A model generated the notes under the pieces. It worked only from the letters and a program-made list of their open reading frames with translations. It did no database searches and had not been told where the DNA came from. DNA of 64,000 nucleotides from NCBI GenBank assembly GCA_030550395.1, contig JAUQPL010000002.1, positions 124,792 through 188,791 on the forward strand, in the 5' to 3' direction. The translations under genes were made by a program, and so were the position numbers. The DNA is from Bacteroidota bacterium. Its GTDB lineage: Bacteria > Bacteroidota > Ignavibacteria > Kapaibacteriales > HRBIN21. Shown in pieces: positions 42,400-50,690 of the stretch (the first letter of the stretch is position 1; every line of letters starts with the position of its first letter).

Positions 42400-43628
42400 A
42401 CGACAGGTTTCAGCAGGGGATATGGATCCTGAATCGCTGAGGGGATGAGCACAGGGAAGATGCGTTCGGCTAGCTCCCATATCTCCAGTACAAAGCTCCG
42501 TAGGAGCAGCAGAAGTGCGGGATAGCGTTCTGTCAGGATTGCAAAGGCACTGACTGGATAGAAGGGGACATCGCCATATCCGTCACGGTTGAGGTCATAG
42601 CCACGGTAGCGACTCCAGTAGTTTGCTCGGAAGGTGTTGAAAGAGGTAGTGCTGTTGGTGGTAAGGTCCATCGTGTTAGAAACAAAGCTGTTCCCGTGGA
42701 AGAGGTTGTCGGTTGAGCTTGCCATGAGTCGGACTGCCCATCCATTTGCAAGGAAGCGATTGCTGTCAATGACGTTGTGTGTCGAGGATTCGCTGTATAG
42801 GCCTGTGGTGTTACTCAAGAAGAGGTTGTGCCGAATACGGCTGTGGCTGATATCTTTGAGCAGAAGCCCGTAAGCGGATGTTCCCCAATTGTGCTCAAAG
42901 CGATTACGTTCCACGAAGACGTTGCGGGTGTACATGACGGCAACGCCGGCCCTGTTCTCCCGGAAGAGATTAAACGTGTATCGGCAGCTATCGGAGAACA
43001 TGAAGTGGAGACCATAACGCAGATTGGCTTCGGAGATATTGGAGTCCACCAGACTGTTTCGGACGAACTCAAAGTAGATACCGTCACGGTGGCGCCGGAT
43101 GAAGTTAGAGCGAATGAGAATGTCCCGGCAGTACCACAGGTGGATCCCATTGCCCGAGGTTACTTCCCGTTCGGCTTTACCGAAAAGGAAGTTGTGCGCC
43201 ACCGTGCATCGAGCAGCCTTTGCCAAGTAGATACCAAAGAAGCTGTCTTCTATGCGATTGTTCTCAATGCGGCAATCGGAAGCCTCCTCTACTCGAATGG
43301 CGGCGTTCTCATGTAGGAAGCTCACTCCTGAGCCTCGGAGAGTGAGACCGCGGACGGTGGTGCCAGAAGCAAGAATACGTAAGATCTCTCCTTTGCCCTC
43401 CCCGTCAAGGATAGCCTTCTGGCTTCCCTCTATGAGCAAAGGGACACGGACGACCAGGGCATGTTCGCGATAGACTCCGGGTAAGAGGCGGAGGGTATCG
43501 CCCGGTCGTGCTTGCTGTAGGGCTATTCGCACAGTCGGTATATGGGCAGTTCCTACCAAAAGGAGACGGGAGGAGATAGGCGGTGAGAGGCTTACCGTGA
43601 GAGCGAGGAGCAAGCTCAGCATCTGCAT
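42396..43628 (-). CDS. nosD: Periplasmic copper-binding parallel beta-helix protein NosD
   Basis: Signal peptide MQMLSLLLALTVSL, followed by repeated right-handed beta-helix (CASH) repeats (NNRIEDSFFGIYL, GNGIHLWY, etc.). The ORF-track N-terminal extension would overlap nosL. Confidence 0.85.
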   Translation of the reverse strand: MQMLSLLLALTVSLSPPISSRLLLVGTAHIPTVRIALQQARPGDTLRLLPGVYREHALVVRVPLLIEGSQKAILDGEGKGEILRILASGTTVRGLTLRGSGVSFLHENAAIRVEEASDCRIENNRIEDSFFGIYLAKAARCTVAHNFLFGKAEREVTSGNGIHLWYCRDILIRSNFIRRHRDGIYFEFVRNSLVDSNISEANLRYGLHFMFSDSCRYTFNLFRENRAGVAVMYTRNVFVERNRFEHNWGTSAYGLLLKDISHSRIRHNLFLSNTTGLYSESSTHNVIDSNRFLANGWAVRLMASSTDNLFHGNSFVSNTMDLTTNSTTSFNTFRANYWSRYRGYDLNRDGYGDVPFYPVSAFAILTERYPALLLLLRSFVLEIWELAERIFPVLIPSAIQDPYPLLKPVV

Positions 43629-43647
43629 TAGCTGTTTCGGAGTTGCG

Positions 43648-44124
43648 TTACGGCATCGGGGAGCCTCGAGGTGGTCCTTCCCGCCATTGGGCCCGGACCA
43701 GCTCCACCACCTCCTGCCAAGTGAGCTTGCGACCCCGGGGGAGGACAGTATCGTGTTCGTAGCGTCCTTGAGGGAGAGCGTAGACATTGAGTCCCATCGG
43801 GCTATGGATCTGAGGGGTGAAGACGAATTCCGCTGCCTCTACAGCAATGAGTTTTCCCGGTTGGCTGAAGTCTATGACCCACCGAGAATGGATCTGCTCA
43901 GTGGGGATTGAACCGGCACGTTCGAATTCTACCATGCACTCCAGCGCGTCAAACACAAACACCCGTCCCTGCCGCGTGACTATCTCAGCGCCGAACCGTG
44001 GATCGGAGATGCCCATCTGACAGTAGGCGCAGAGCTCTTCACCAAAGTGGATGGGGCGAGGCTGAGGCTGGCATCCCAAAAGGAGCACGAACAGTCCGCT
44101 TGCAAAGAACCTCCATTGGTTCAT
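43648..44124 (-). CDS. nosL: Copper chaperone lipoprotein NosL
   Basis: Lipobox FVLLLGC and the NosL motif CAYCQMGISDPRFGAE...FDALECM. The start at MNQW overlaps the upstream stop (ATGA). Confidence 0.8.
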   Translation of the reverse strand: MNQWRFFASGLFVLLLGCQPQPRPIHFGEELCAYCQMGISDPRFGAEIVTRQGRVFVFDALECMVEFERAGSIPTEQIHSRWVIDFSQPGKLIAVEAAEFVFTPQIHSPMGLNVYALPQGRYEHDTVLPRGRKLTWQEVVELVRAQWREGPPRGSPMP

Positions 44125-44744
44125 GGTACGGTTACCGGGACACGGCTTTTCCATCCGATATCCATGCAACGGCGTTTTTGCCGGCGGGCATGGAGGCATT
44201 CCGCCGTTAGCATAACGGTTCCGATCACGAATGAGCCGAAGGCAATCAATCCTCCGGCGGCAGGATAAGAATGGGCCACGAAGTTGAGCAGTCGTTTGGA
44301 GCCAATCAGCGGTGGTTGATACGCCATACCGGGGACCTTAATAGGTGCCCGGGGATCTAAGTTGTGGCCGTATTCATAGCCCCATCGGTAGAAATCCACC
44401 AGTCCGATGGCAATGAGAAGTCCAAAGACGATAACCCATATCCCCAAGAGCCAACGTCGGTTGAAGAGCACAACCAGAAGCCCCAGTCCAATCAGCCCCA
44501 GGATGAGCCATGGCATAAGATTTAGCTCAGGGAAATTCTCTTGGTGGATAGGACGCATACCGATGTAATGGTTGAGTGCATTGATGAGGTCCAGCTGTCC
44601 ACTCAGCTTTGTCAGCCAAATTTCCATGGAGACCCCCTCGGGGTATTGCGGGGCTTCCAGTCGGATACTCCACAGAGGGAGCACAAAGAGGAATCCGAGC
44701 GATAGGACAGCAATGAGTATGGAGAGCCGTACAGCAGGTCGCAT
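44121..44744 (-). CDS. Clade-II nos-cluster membrane protein (NosB-like)
   Basis: 207 aa with about 4 TM segments. It sits directly downstream of nosZ, as nosB does in atypical (clade II) nos clusters. No cofactor motif was seen. Confidence 0.55.
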   Translation of the reverse strand: MRPAVRLSILIAVLSLGFLFVLPLWSIRLEAPQYPEGVSMEIWLTKLSGQLDLINALNHYIGMRPIHQENFPELNLMPWLILGLIGLGLLVVLFNRRWLLGIWVIVFGLLIAIGLVDFYRWGYEYGHNLDPRAPIKVPGMAYQPPLIGSKRLLNFVAHSYPAAGGLIAFGSFVIGTVMLTAECLHARRQKRRCMDIGWKSRVPVTVP

Positions 44745-44774
44745 GGTAAGGGCTTCAGGTGCTGTAGAACATTC

Positions 44775-44807
44775 ACAAAAAATAAGCGGGGGAGTATCCT
44801 CCCCCGC
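44775..44807 (-). terminator. Intrinsic (rho-independent) terminator/attenuator immediately downstream of nosZ
   Basis: The minus-strand RNA reads GCGGGGGAG-GAUA-CUCCCCCGC (9-bp GC-rich stem), followed by UUAUUUUUUG. It starts 17 nt after the nosZ TAA stop. Confidence 0.7.
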
Positions 44808-44824
44808 CTATCACAAGGGACTCA

Positions 44825-46801
44825 TTATTCCTGTCCTGTGCCGTATGTCAGCGGGACGTTCGCTCCGCGGGGAGATACCCGCACGTATCCTTGCATTTCC
44901 TGATGGAGAGCTGAGCAGAAGTCGGTGCAGTAGAAGGGATACACACCAGGCTTCTTCGGCTCCCACACGAGCGTCTTCGTCTGTCCTGGCATAACGAGAA
45001 TCTCTGCTGTGTTCGAACCTAAGATAGCGAAGCCATGCGGTATGTCCCAATCCTGCTCCAAGTTGGTGACGTGGAAGAACACTTTGTCACCTACCTGAAT
45101 GCCTTCGATATTATCGGGGCGGAAGTGACTCCGCACGGCGGTCATGTAGACATGTACTTCGTTCCCCTTTCTCTCCACACGGGCTTGCTCGACGGATTTG
45201 ACTGCGAAGGGATGGGCATTCTCCTGCAGCGGATACACCTTGAGATTGTTCTTCGTGATCAGCTCCGCTGGCAGGCCTTGGGCGTAGTGCGGTTCGCCGA
45301 GTGTGGGGAAGTCTAACAGCAGGCGCATCTTTTCGCCCGAGATGTCAATCAGCTGCGCCGACTGTACAAGCTCCGGACCAGTTGGGAGATATCGGTCCTT
45401 GGTGATCTTGTTCATCGCCAGCAGGTACTTACCCCATGGCTTACGGCTGTCCCCGCCGGGGATCATCAGATGCCCAATGCTATAGTATGTGGGAATACGG
45501 TCAACGACTTCCCACGTACCCAGCTTCCATTTCACGACCTCGGAGGAGACAAAGTGCGAGGTGTACGCGTAGCCCTTACCATCAAACTCGGTATGGAGGG
45601 GCCCCAATCCTGGGGTTTTAACCTCCCCGGCCAAAACGGCTTCGTACTTTAGCACGGGGATTCCGTCAATGGTAGTGTCGAACTCCTGATTCTCGATTGC
45701 CTTGAGCATCTTGGAGAAGGAGTGCACCGGAATGACGGTTGCCAGTTTCCCTCCTGCAACGATGTACTCGCCCGATGGGTCTACATCGACCCCATGCGGG
45801 GACTTTGGAGTAGGCAAGTAGTAGATCATGCCAGGGCACTCTGAAGGAATCAGGACCTTGACCTTTGTCAGAACACGGGAAGTGGCCATGTGTTTCTGCT
45901 CGTCGTAGACATTGTGGTAGTACTCTGCTGGCATTTCGTGGTATTTGCCCTGGGCTAGGTACTCCTCTGCCTTCTTCCAGTTGACCGCCGCAATGAAGTC
46001 CTTATCGCGCTGGGAGGCGTTAACCTCTAATAGCGTGTGAGCTTGCTCAGTGTTATAGGCAGTGAAGAAAGCCCATCCGTGGGAGGGGCCTTTGCCTGCG
46101 TGGGCTAAGTCGTAGTTATAGCCTGGCACCAGGATCTGGAATGCCAGCTCCATCCGACCACTTTTAGGGTCTACTTTGATGAAGCTGAGCGTGCCATTGA
46201 AGTTCTCCTTGTATGTGGCGATTGGGACATCTTTTTGAGGGATAGGAACGCTGAAGCGGGTAGCAGCGACGACGTATTCCGTGTTTTGCGTGACGAAGGG
46301 TGAAGCATGGTTTCCCCCCGAGTTCGGGATCTCTATGATTTCCACTGTCTCAAAGGTCCGCAGGTCAATGCGGGCTACTCGTGGGGTGTTATTGGAGTTG
46401 ATGAAGAGCCAGCGTCCATCGGGAACTCCGTCTGTTTGCGAGAGCTCCGGGTGATGGGAGTCATCCCATGGGATAAAGCCGTGCGATGTCATCAGAAGGG
46501 GTTGCGTCTCCGGGGTGTAGCCGTACCCGTTCTCCGGGTGAACAGAAAAAACAGGGATAACTTTGAGCAAACGCCCGCTGGGTAGCCCGTGAACAGTTAC
46601 TTGTCCGCTAAAGCCTCCTGAAAGGAAGGCATAGAACTCATCATATTGCCCCGGTGGGACGTAGACGCGAGAGGCAGCATCACCGGTGGCGACTGTCTGC
46701 TTAGGACTTGGGCATCCACTGATGAGCCCTACAATCACCAGTGCACCTACTGGGAGGGACCATACAAGGACGCGGGAGAGTATTTGCGCGGTCATGATCA
46801 C
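44825..46801 (-). CDS. nosZ: Nitrous-oxide reductase, clade II (Sec/lipoprotein-type signal)
   Basis: 658 aa. CuA motif CTDFCSALHQEM with DIPHGF upstream, and CuZ-region motif WDDSHHPE. The N-terminus lacks a twin-arginine motif and carries the lipobox GLISGC. Confidence 0.95.
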   Translation of the reverse strand: MIMTAQILSRVLVWSLPVGALVIVGLISGCPSPKQTVATGDAASRVYVPPGQYDEFYAFLSGGFSGQVTVHGLPSGRLLKVIPVFSVHPENGYGYTPETQPLLMTSHGFIPWDDSHHPELSQTDGVPDGRWLFINSNNTPRVARIDLRTFETVEIIEIPNSGGNHASPFVTQNTEYVVAATRFSVPIPQKDVPIATYKENFNGTLSFIKVDPKSGRMELAFQILVPGYNYDLAHAGKGPSHGWAFFTAYNTEQAHTLLEVNASQRDKDFIAAVNWKKAEEYLAQGKYHEMPAEYYHNVYDEQKHMATSRVLTKVKVLIPSECPGMIYYLPTPKSPHGVDVDPSGEYIVAGGKLATVIPVHSFSKMLKAIENQEFDTTIDGIPVLKYEAVLAGEVKTPGLGPLHTEFDGKGYAYTSHFVSSEVVKWKLGTWEVVDRIPTYYSIGHLMIPGGDSRKPWGKYLLAMNKITKDRYLPTGPELVQSAQLIDISGEKMRLLLDFPTLGEPHYAQGLPAELITKNNLKVYPLQENAHPFAVKSVEQARVERKGNEVHVYMTAVRSHFRPDNIEGIQVGDKVFFHVTNLEQDWDIPHGFAILGSNTAEILVMPGQTKTLVWEPKKPGVYPFYCTDFCSALHQEMQGYVRVSPRGANVPLTYGTGQE

Positions 46802-46845
46802 ACCAGCCTATTGTTGGACTTTCCTGTTGACAGCACAAACTTCTG

Positions 46846-46886
46846 GCGAGTTTCTTGGATGGACAATGACCTTTGCAAACTTCTGG
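46846..46886. repeat. 11-bp direct repeat CAAACTTCTGG x2 (46846-46856 and 46876-46886), exactly 30 bp apart, in the nosZ upstream region
   Basis: Read directly from the sequence. On the nosZ (minus) strand each copy reads CCAGAAGTTTG, which contains a near -7 element (GAAGTTTG). Confidence 0.6.
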
Positions 46887-46887
46887 G

Positions 46888-46910
46888 CTGACGAAAGTCA
46901 GTTTTTCGTC
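46888..46910. promoter_or_regulatory. Nested inverted repeats CTGAC-GAAA-GTCAG and GACGAAA-N7-TTTCGTC in the nosZ/mutS intergenic region
   Basis: Read directly from the sequence. Function unknown; it could be an operator site or a small hairpin. Confidence 0.35.
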
Positions 46911-46963
46911 TAGCCTTTGGGGCGCAGTGGACACTAACAGAGGGAGGATGGAGACCGAAAGTG

Positions 46964-46971
46964 TATCTTTG
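46964..46971 (+). promoter_or_regulatory. Bacteroidetes-type -7 promoter element TATCTTTG upstream of mutS
   Basis: Lies 33 nt upstream of the mutS ATG (47004). It is embedded in three TGTAT pentamers spaced 8 nt apart (46962, 46970, 46978). Confidence 0.4.
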
Positions 46972-47003
46972 TATAGCTGTATGCTAAGGATGGGGGCTGT
47001 CCG

Positions 47004-49625
47004 ATGGGACGCGTGGCGGAAACACCGCTGATGCGACAGTATCGGCAGATTAAGCAGCGCTATCCGGATACGATTGTGCTCTTCCGGTTGGGAGATTTCT
47101 ACGAGACCTTTGAAGAGGACGCCGCCATTACGGCGCGCATCTGCGGTATTGCTCTGACGCGGCGCAACAACGGAGCCGCAGGCGATGTCCCCATGGCAGG
47201 CTTTCCCCATCATCAGTTGGATACGTACTTGCCAAAGTTAGTGCGGGCAGGTTACCGGGTAGCGGTCTGTGAGCAGCTGGAGGACCCCAAGTTTGCCCGG
47301 GGAATCGTCCGGCGCGGAGTCGTTGAAGTTGTGACACCAGGGGTTGCACTCTATGAGAAGCTGCTGGAGGCCAAGCAGAGTCGATATGTTGCTGCTGTTG
47401 CATTGCCAGTGCGAGCGGGACAGCAAGTAGGGATTGCTTTTGCGGAGGCTTCTACGGGGGAGTTTTTCGTCACGGAGGTGGAACCACAGCGGGTCATAGA
47501 AGTCCTGGAAAGCTTTGCACCGGCGGAGATTCTACTTGCCCGCCGGGATTATCGGACCTTTCAGGAGTGGCGCGAGCAACTCCGTTGGGGTCCGGTCCTG
47601 ACTCGGTTAGAGGACTGGATTGTGGAAGAAGACTTTGCGCGCCAGCTCCTGCAGCGCCATTTCGGAGTTGGGAGTCTGAAGGGGTTTGGAGTGGACCATC
47701 TGACGCAGGGGATAGAGGCAGCGGGAGCGGTGCTGCACTACATCCGTGAGACCCAGCAAGAGCAGGCATCACACCTACAGCGCCTTCGCTACTATAACGC
47801 CTCGGACTATATGGAGCTGGATGCGGCGACGCGGCGGAACCTGGAACTTTTGGCCACGGCTGCTGAGGGACGAGTGGATGGCAGTCTGTGGCGTGTTCTG
47901 GACAAGACGCAGACCCCTATGGGAGGACGCTTGCTGAAGTTCTGGCTCCACCGTCCCCTGCGCCGTCCGGAGGCAATCCGCCAGCGTTTAGCCGCTGTGC
48001 GGGCTTTTTACGAACATCCTGGGTTGCGGCAGCGCCTCCGGCAACTTTTGCCCCAGCTCGGGGATATAGAGCGCCTGATCTCACGGATTGCAACGGGTCG
48101 GGCAATCCCGCGGGAATACTGCCAATTGGGACAGAGTATCCTGCTGTGTCGCCAGTTGGCAGAATTACTTCGCGAACTGCCTGCCACCGGACTTCTTGCA
48201 GAGTTGCAATGGGAGGAGCTGCTTCCAGCGGTACTGCCTTTGGGAGAGCGGTTGCAGACGCTGTTTCAAGAGTCTCCTACCTCGGAGTTTGGCAGTGGAG
48301 CTATCTTCCGGGAGGGTGTCTCCGCCGAACTGGATGAGCTCCGTGGTTTGCTGCAAACTGCTAAAGAGTGGCTTGTTCGCTATCAAGAAGCGGAACGTCA
48401 GCGGACAGGGATTCCCTCGCTCAAAGTAGGATACAATGCCGTGTTCGGCTACTACATTGAGGTCACCCACGTCCATCGTTCGAAAATCCCGCCGGACTAC
48501 GAACGCAAACAGACACTCACGAACGCGGAGCGTTATACGACTCCAACGCTCAAGGAAATGGAGCTGAAGCTCATGCATGCTGGGGAGCGTATTGCAGCAC
48601 TGGAGCAGGAGCTGATGGGCCAAGTCCGGCAGGAGGTGCTGCAGCATGTTATCGCGCTGCAGGAAGTTGCCCGAGCCGTTGCAACGGTAGATTGTCTCCA
48701 GAGCTTGGCAGAGGTAGCGCATGAGTATGGCTATTGCGAGCCGGAAGTGGATGAGTCGGAAATCATTGACATCCGCGCTGGACGCCATCCTGTCGTTGAG
48801 CGCTTACTGCCGCCGGGTGAGCCGTATGTCCCCAACGACACATACATGGATACGGAACGAGAGCAACTGCACGTAGTAACTGGACCCAACATGTCAGGGA
48901 AGTCGTGCTATCTGCGCCAGGTTGGGCTTATTGTGTTATTGGCACAGATTGGAAGCTTCGTCCCGGCGCAGCGGGCACGTATCGGCGTTGTAGATCGGAT
49001 TTTTACCCGTGTTGGGGCTCACGATAACATCACCGGCGGGGAAAGCACCTTCTTAGTGGAAATGCACGAAACGGCGGCGATTCTCCACAATGCGACCCGC
49101 CGCAGCCTTATTCTGCTGGATGAGGTCGGACGTGGGACTGCGACCTTTGATGGAATTTCCATTGCGTGGGCGGTGGCCGAATACATTCATGAGTTTGTGC
49201 GTGCCCGCACGCTTTTTGCAACGCACTACCACGAGCTCAATGCATTGGCAGAACAATATGAGCGGATTCGGGCTTACCATGCCGAGGTTCGTGAAGTAGA
49301 TGGGCAACTCCTCTTCACCCATCGGATCCTACCGGGTGGGACAGACCATTCCTTCGGTATTCACGTTGCCCGAATGGCAGGTATCCCCGAGTGGGTTATA
49401 CGGCGGGCAGAGGAGATTTTGCTCGTCTTGGAAAGGGAGCACGGGCGTTCCTCCGTTTCTCTGCGCCCTGAGGCAATGGAGCGTCGTCAGCCTGTTCAGC
49501 TCACAATCTTTACCATGGTCGACGAGCCTCTCCGGCAGCGGCTGCAGCAGTTGGATCCGAATGCCCTGACCCCATTGCAGGCGCTGCAAATCCTGGCGGA
49601 ACTTTGCGAGCAGGCGCGTCAATAA
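47004..49625 (+). CDS. mutS: DNA mismatch repair protein MutS
   Basis: 873 aa. Contains TPLMRQY, Walker A TGPNMSGKS, LILLDEVGRGT and ATHYHEL. Confidence 0.97.
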   Translation: MGRVAETPLMRQYRQIKQRYPDTIVLFRLGDFYETFEEDAAITARICGIALTRRNNGAAGDVPMAGFPHHQLDTYLPKLVRAGYRVAVCEQLEDPKFARGIVRRGVVEVVTPGVALYEKLLEAKQSRYVAAVALPVRAGQQVGIAFAEASTGEFFVTEVEPQRVIEVLESFAPAEILLARRDYRTFQEWREQLRWGPVLTRLEDWIVEEDFARQLLQRHFGVGSLKGFGVDHLTQGIEAAGAVLHYIRETQQEQASHLQRLRYYNASDYMELDAATRRNLELLATAAEGRVDGSLWRVLDKTQTPMGGRLLKFWLHRPLRRPEAIRQRLAAVRAFYEHPGLRQRLRQLLPQLGDIERLISRIATGRAIPREYCQLGQSILLCRQLAELLRELPATGLLAELQWEELLPAVLPLGERLQTLFQESPTSEFGSGAIFREGVSAELDELRGLLQTAKEWLVRYQEAERQRTGIPSLKVGYNAVFGYYIEVTHVHRSKIPPDYERKQTLTNAERYTTPTLKEMELKLMHAGERIAALEQELMGQVRQEVLQHVIALQEVARAVATVDCLQSLAEVAHEYGYCEPEVDESEIIDIRAGRHPVVERLLPPGEPYVPNDTYMDTEREQLHVVTGPNMSGKSCYLRQVGLIVLLAQIGSFVPAQRARIGVVDRIFTRVGAHDNITGGESTFLVEMHETAAILHNATRRSLILLDEVGRGTATFDGISIAWAVAEYIHEFVRARTLFATHYHELNALAEQYERIRAYHAEVREVDGQLLFTHRILPGGTDHSFGIHVARMAGIPEWVIRRAEEILLVLEREHGRSSVSLRPEAMERRQPVQLTIFTMVDEPLRQRLQQLDPNALTPLQALQILAELCEQARQ

Positions 49626-50119
49626 TGGCTCTTTTGGCGCTGTTGGAGAAGGAGGCTGTGGAGGCGTCGGGCGACGGGCTCGGGGACCAAGTCTACGGGG
49701 AGATGCCCAAATCGGACTAACTCCCGCACGATGGAGGAGTTCACGTAAATGTAACGCTCACTTGGGGCTAAGAATACAGTGCATACTTCCGGTGCCATGC
49801 GACGGTTAATGAGCGCCATTTGCAGCTCGTATTCAAAATCGGAGATTGCTCGCAGTCCGCGAATGATAGCCGCCGCACCGCAGTTCTGAGCGTAGTTGAC
49901 AATCAGTCCATGATAAACGTCCACACTGACGTTTGGCAGATGGGCAAGGGATTCTTCCGCCATCTGCCGTCGTTCTGCTTCGCTGAAAAGAGGCTTTTTG
50001 GCTGGATTTTCTCCGATGAGAACGATGACGTGGTCAAAAAGCTGGGCTGCGCGCTCAATGACGTCTATGTGCCCATTCGTAATTGGGTCAAAGGTCCCCG
50101 GGTAGAGTGCTCGTCGCAT
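49619..50119 (-). CDS. coaD: Phosphopantetheine adenylyltransferase
   Basis: Begins MRRALYPGTFDPITNGHIDVIERA. Start taken at this Met; the ORF-track start at 50209 adds a non-conserved extension. Confidence 0.9.
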   Translation of the reverse strand: MRRALYPGTFDPITNGHIDVIERAAQLFDHVIVLIGENPAKKPLFSEAERRQMAEESLAHLPNVSVDVYHGLIVNYAQNCGAAAIIRGLRAISDFEYELQMALINRRMAPEVCTVFLAPSERYIYVNSSIVRELVRFGHLPVDLVPEPVARRLHSLLLQQRQKSHY

Positions 50120-50690
50120 TGTCTGTACCATGCCAGTACCACCATTGGAGGCGGGTTTCCCCGAAGAGGCGTTCACTGTGGAGCTGCCATCCGGCTGGTG
50201 CGTGGGCAACAGTTTCCCAGCGGCTGAGCTCTAGGCAGAGCAGCGCACCGGGGCGGAGCCAATGGGACTCAGCCAGTGCTCGTAAGAGACGGTTCCCCAG
50301 CAGGCTCTGGTAAGGCGGATCGGCAAAGAGAAGGTGGGGACGGGGCAGGTCTAGCTCTTCCCAATAGCGGAGAACTCGGAAGACATCGCCGGTGATAATC
50401 CGGTAGTGCCGTGGATTGAGTGTCAAGAGGGAGAGTACACAATGGAGGAATTCGGTGAGGCGACGGTTTCGCTCTACAAAGATGCAATATGTGGCTCCGC
50501 GGCTGAGGGCTTCGATACCTAAGGTACCAGTACCGGCGAAGAGGTCTGCGACGATTATTCCCTGGAGAGCAATCATTCCCTGCAGGCGGTCAAAGAGGGC
50601 TTTCCGAACGCGATCCATCGTAGGGCGTACGCCCGCGGGAACAACGATGGGAAAACGCCGACCACGCCATATGCCTCCGGTGATGCGCAT
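50088..50690 (-). CDS. rsmD: 16S rRNA (guanine966-N2)-methyltransferase RsmD
   Basis: Begins MRITGGIWRGRRF and contains the SAM motif DLFAGTGTLGIEALSRGA and FADPPY. The start codon shares one nucleotide with the upstream stop. Confidence 0.85.
   Translation of the reverse strand: MRITGGIWRGRRFPIVVPAGVRPTMDRVRKALFDRLQGMIALQGIIVADLFAGTGTLGIEALSRGATYCIFVERNRRLTEFLHCVLSLLTLNPRHYRIITGDVFRVLRYWEELDLPRPHLLFADPPYQSLLGNRLLRALAESHWLRPGALLCLELSRWETVAHAPAGWQLHSERLFGETRLQWWYWHGTDNATSTLPGDL

Noticed and set aside
43629-43787. N-terminal extensions of ORF-track calls (nosD 43629-43787, nosL 44125-44199, nosF 42400-42480, lpxB 39676-39762, HAD 25458-25577, GT2 17594-17668, GT2 61177-61317)
   Set aside because: Each extension overlaps the preceding gene or a promoter-like element. 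An internal Met gives a proper signal peptide or conserved N-terminus, often with ATGA or TGATG coupling to the upstream stop.
46826-46831. TTGACA hexamer (sigma-70 -35 consensus) on the plus strand in the nosZ/mutS spacer
   Set aside because: It lies about 170 nt from the mutS start with no properly spaced -10. The organism appears to use TAnnTTTG-type promoters, and one of those lies 33 nt upstream of mutS.
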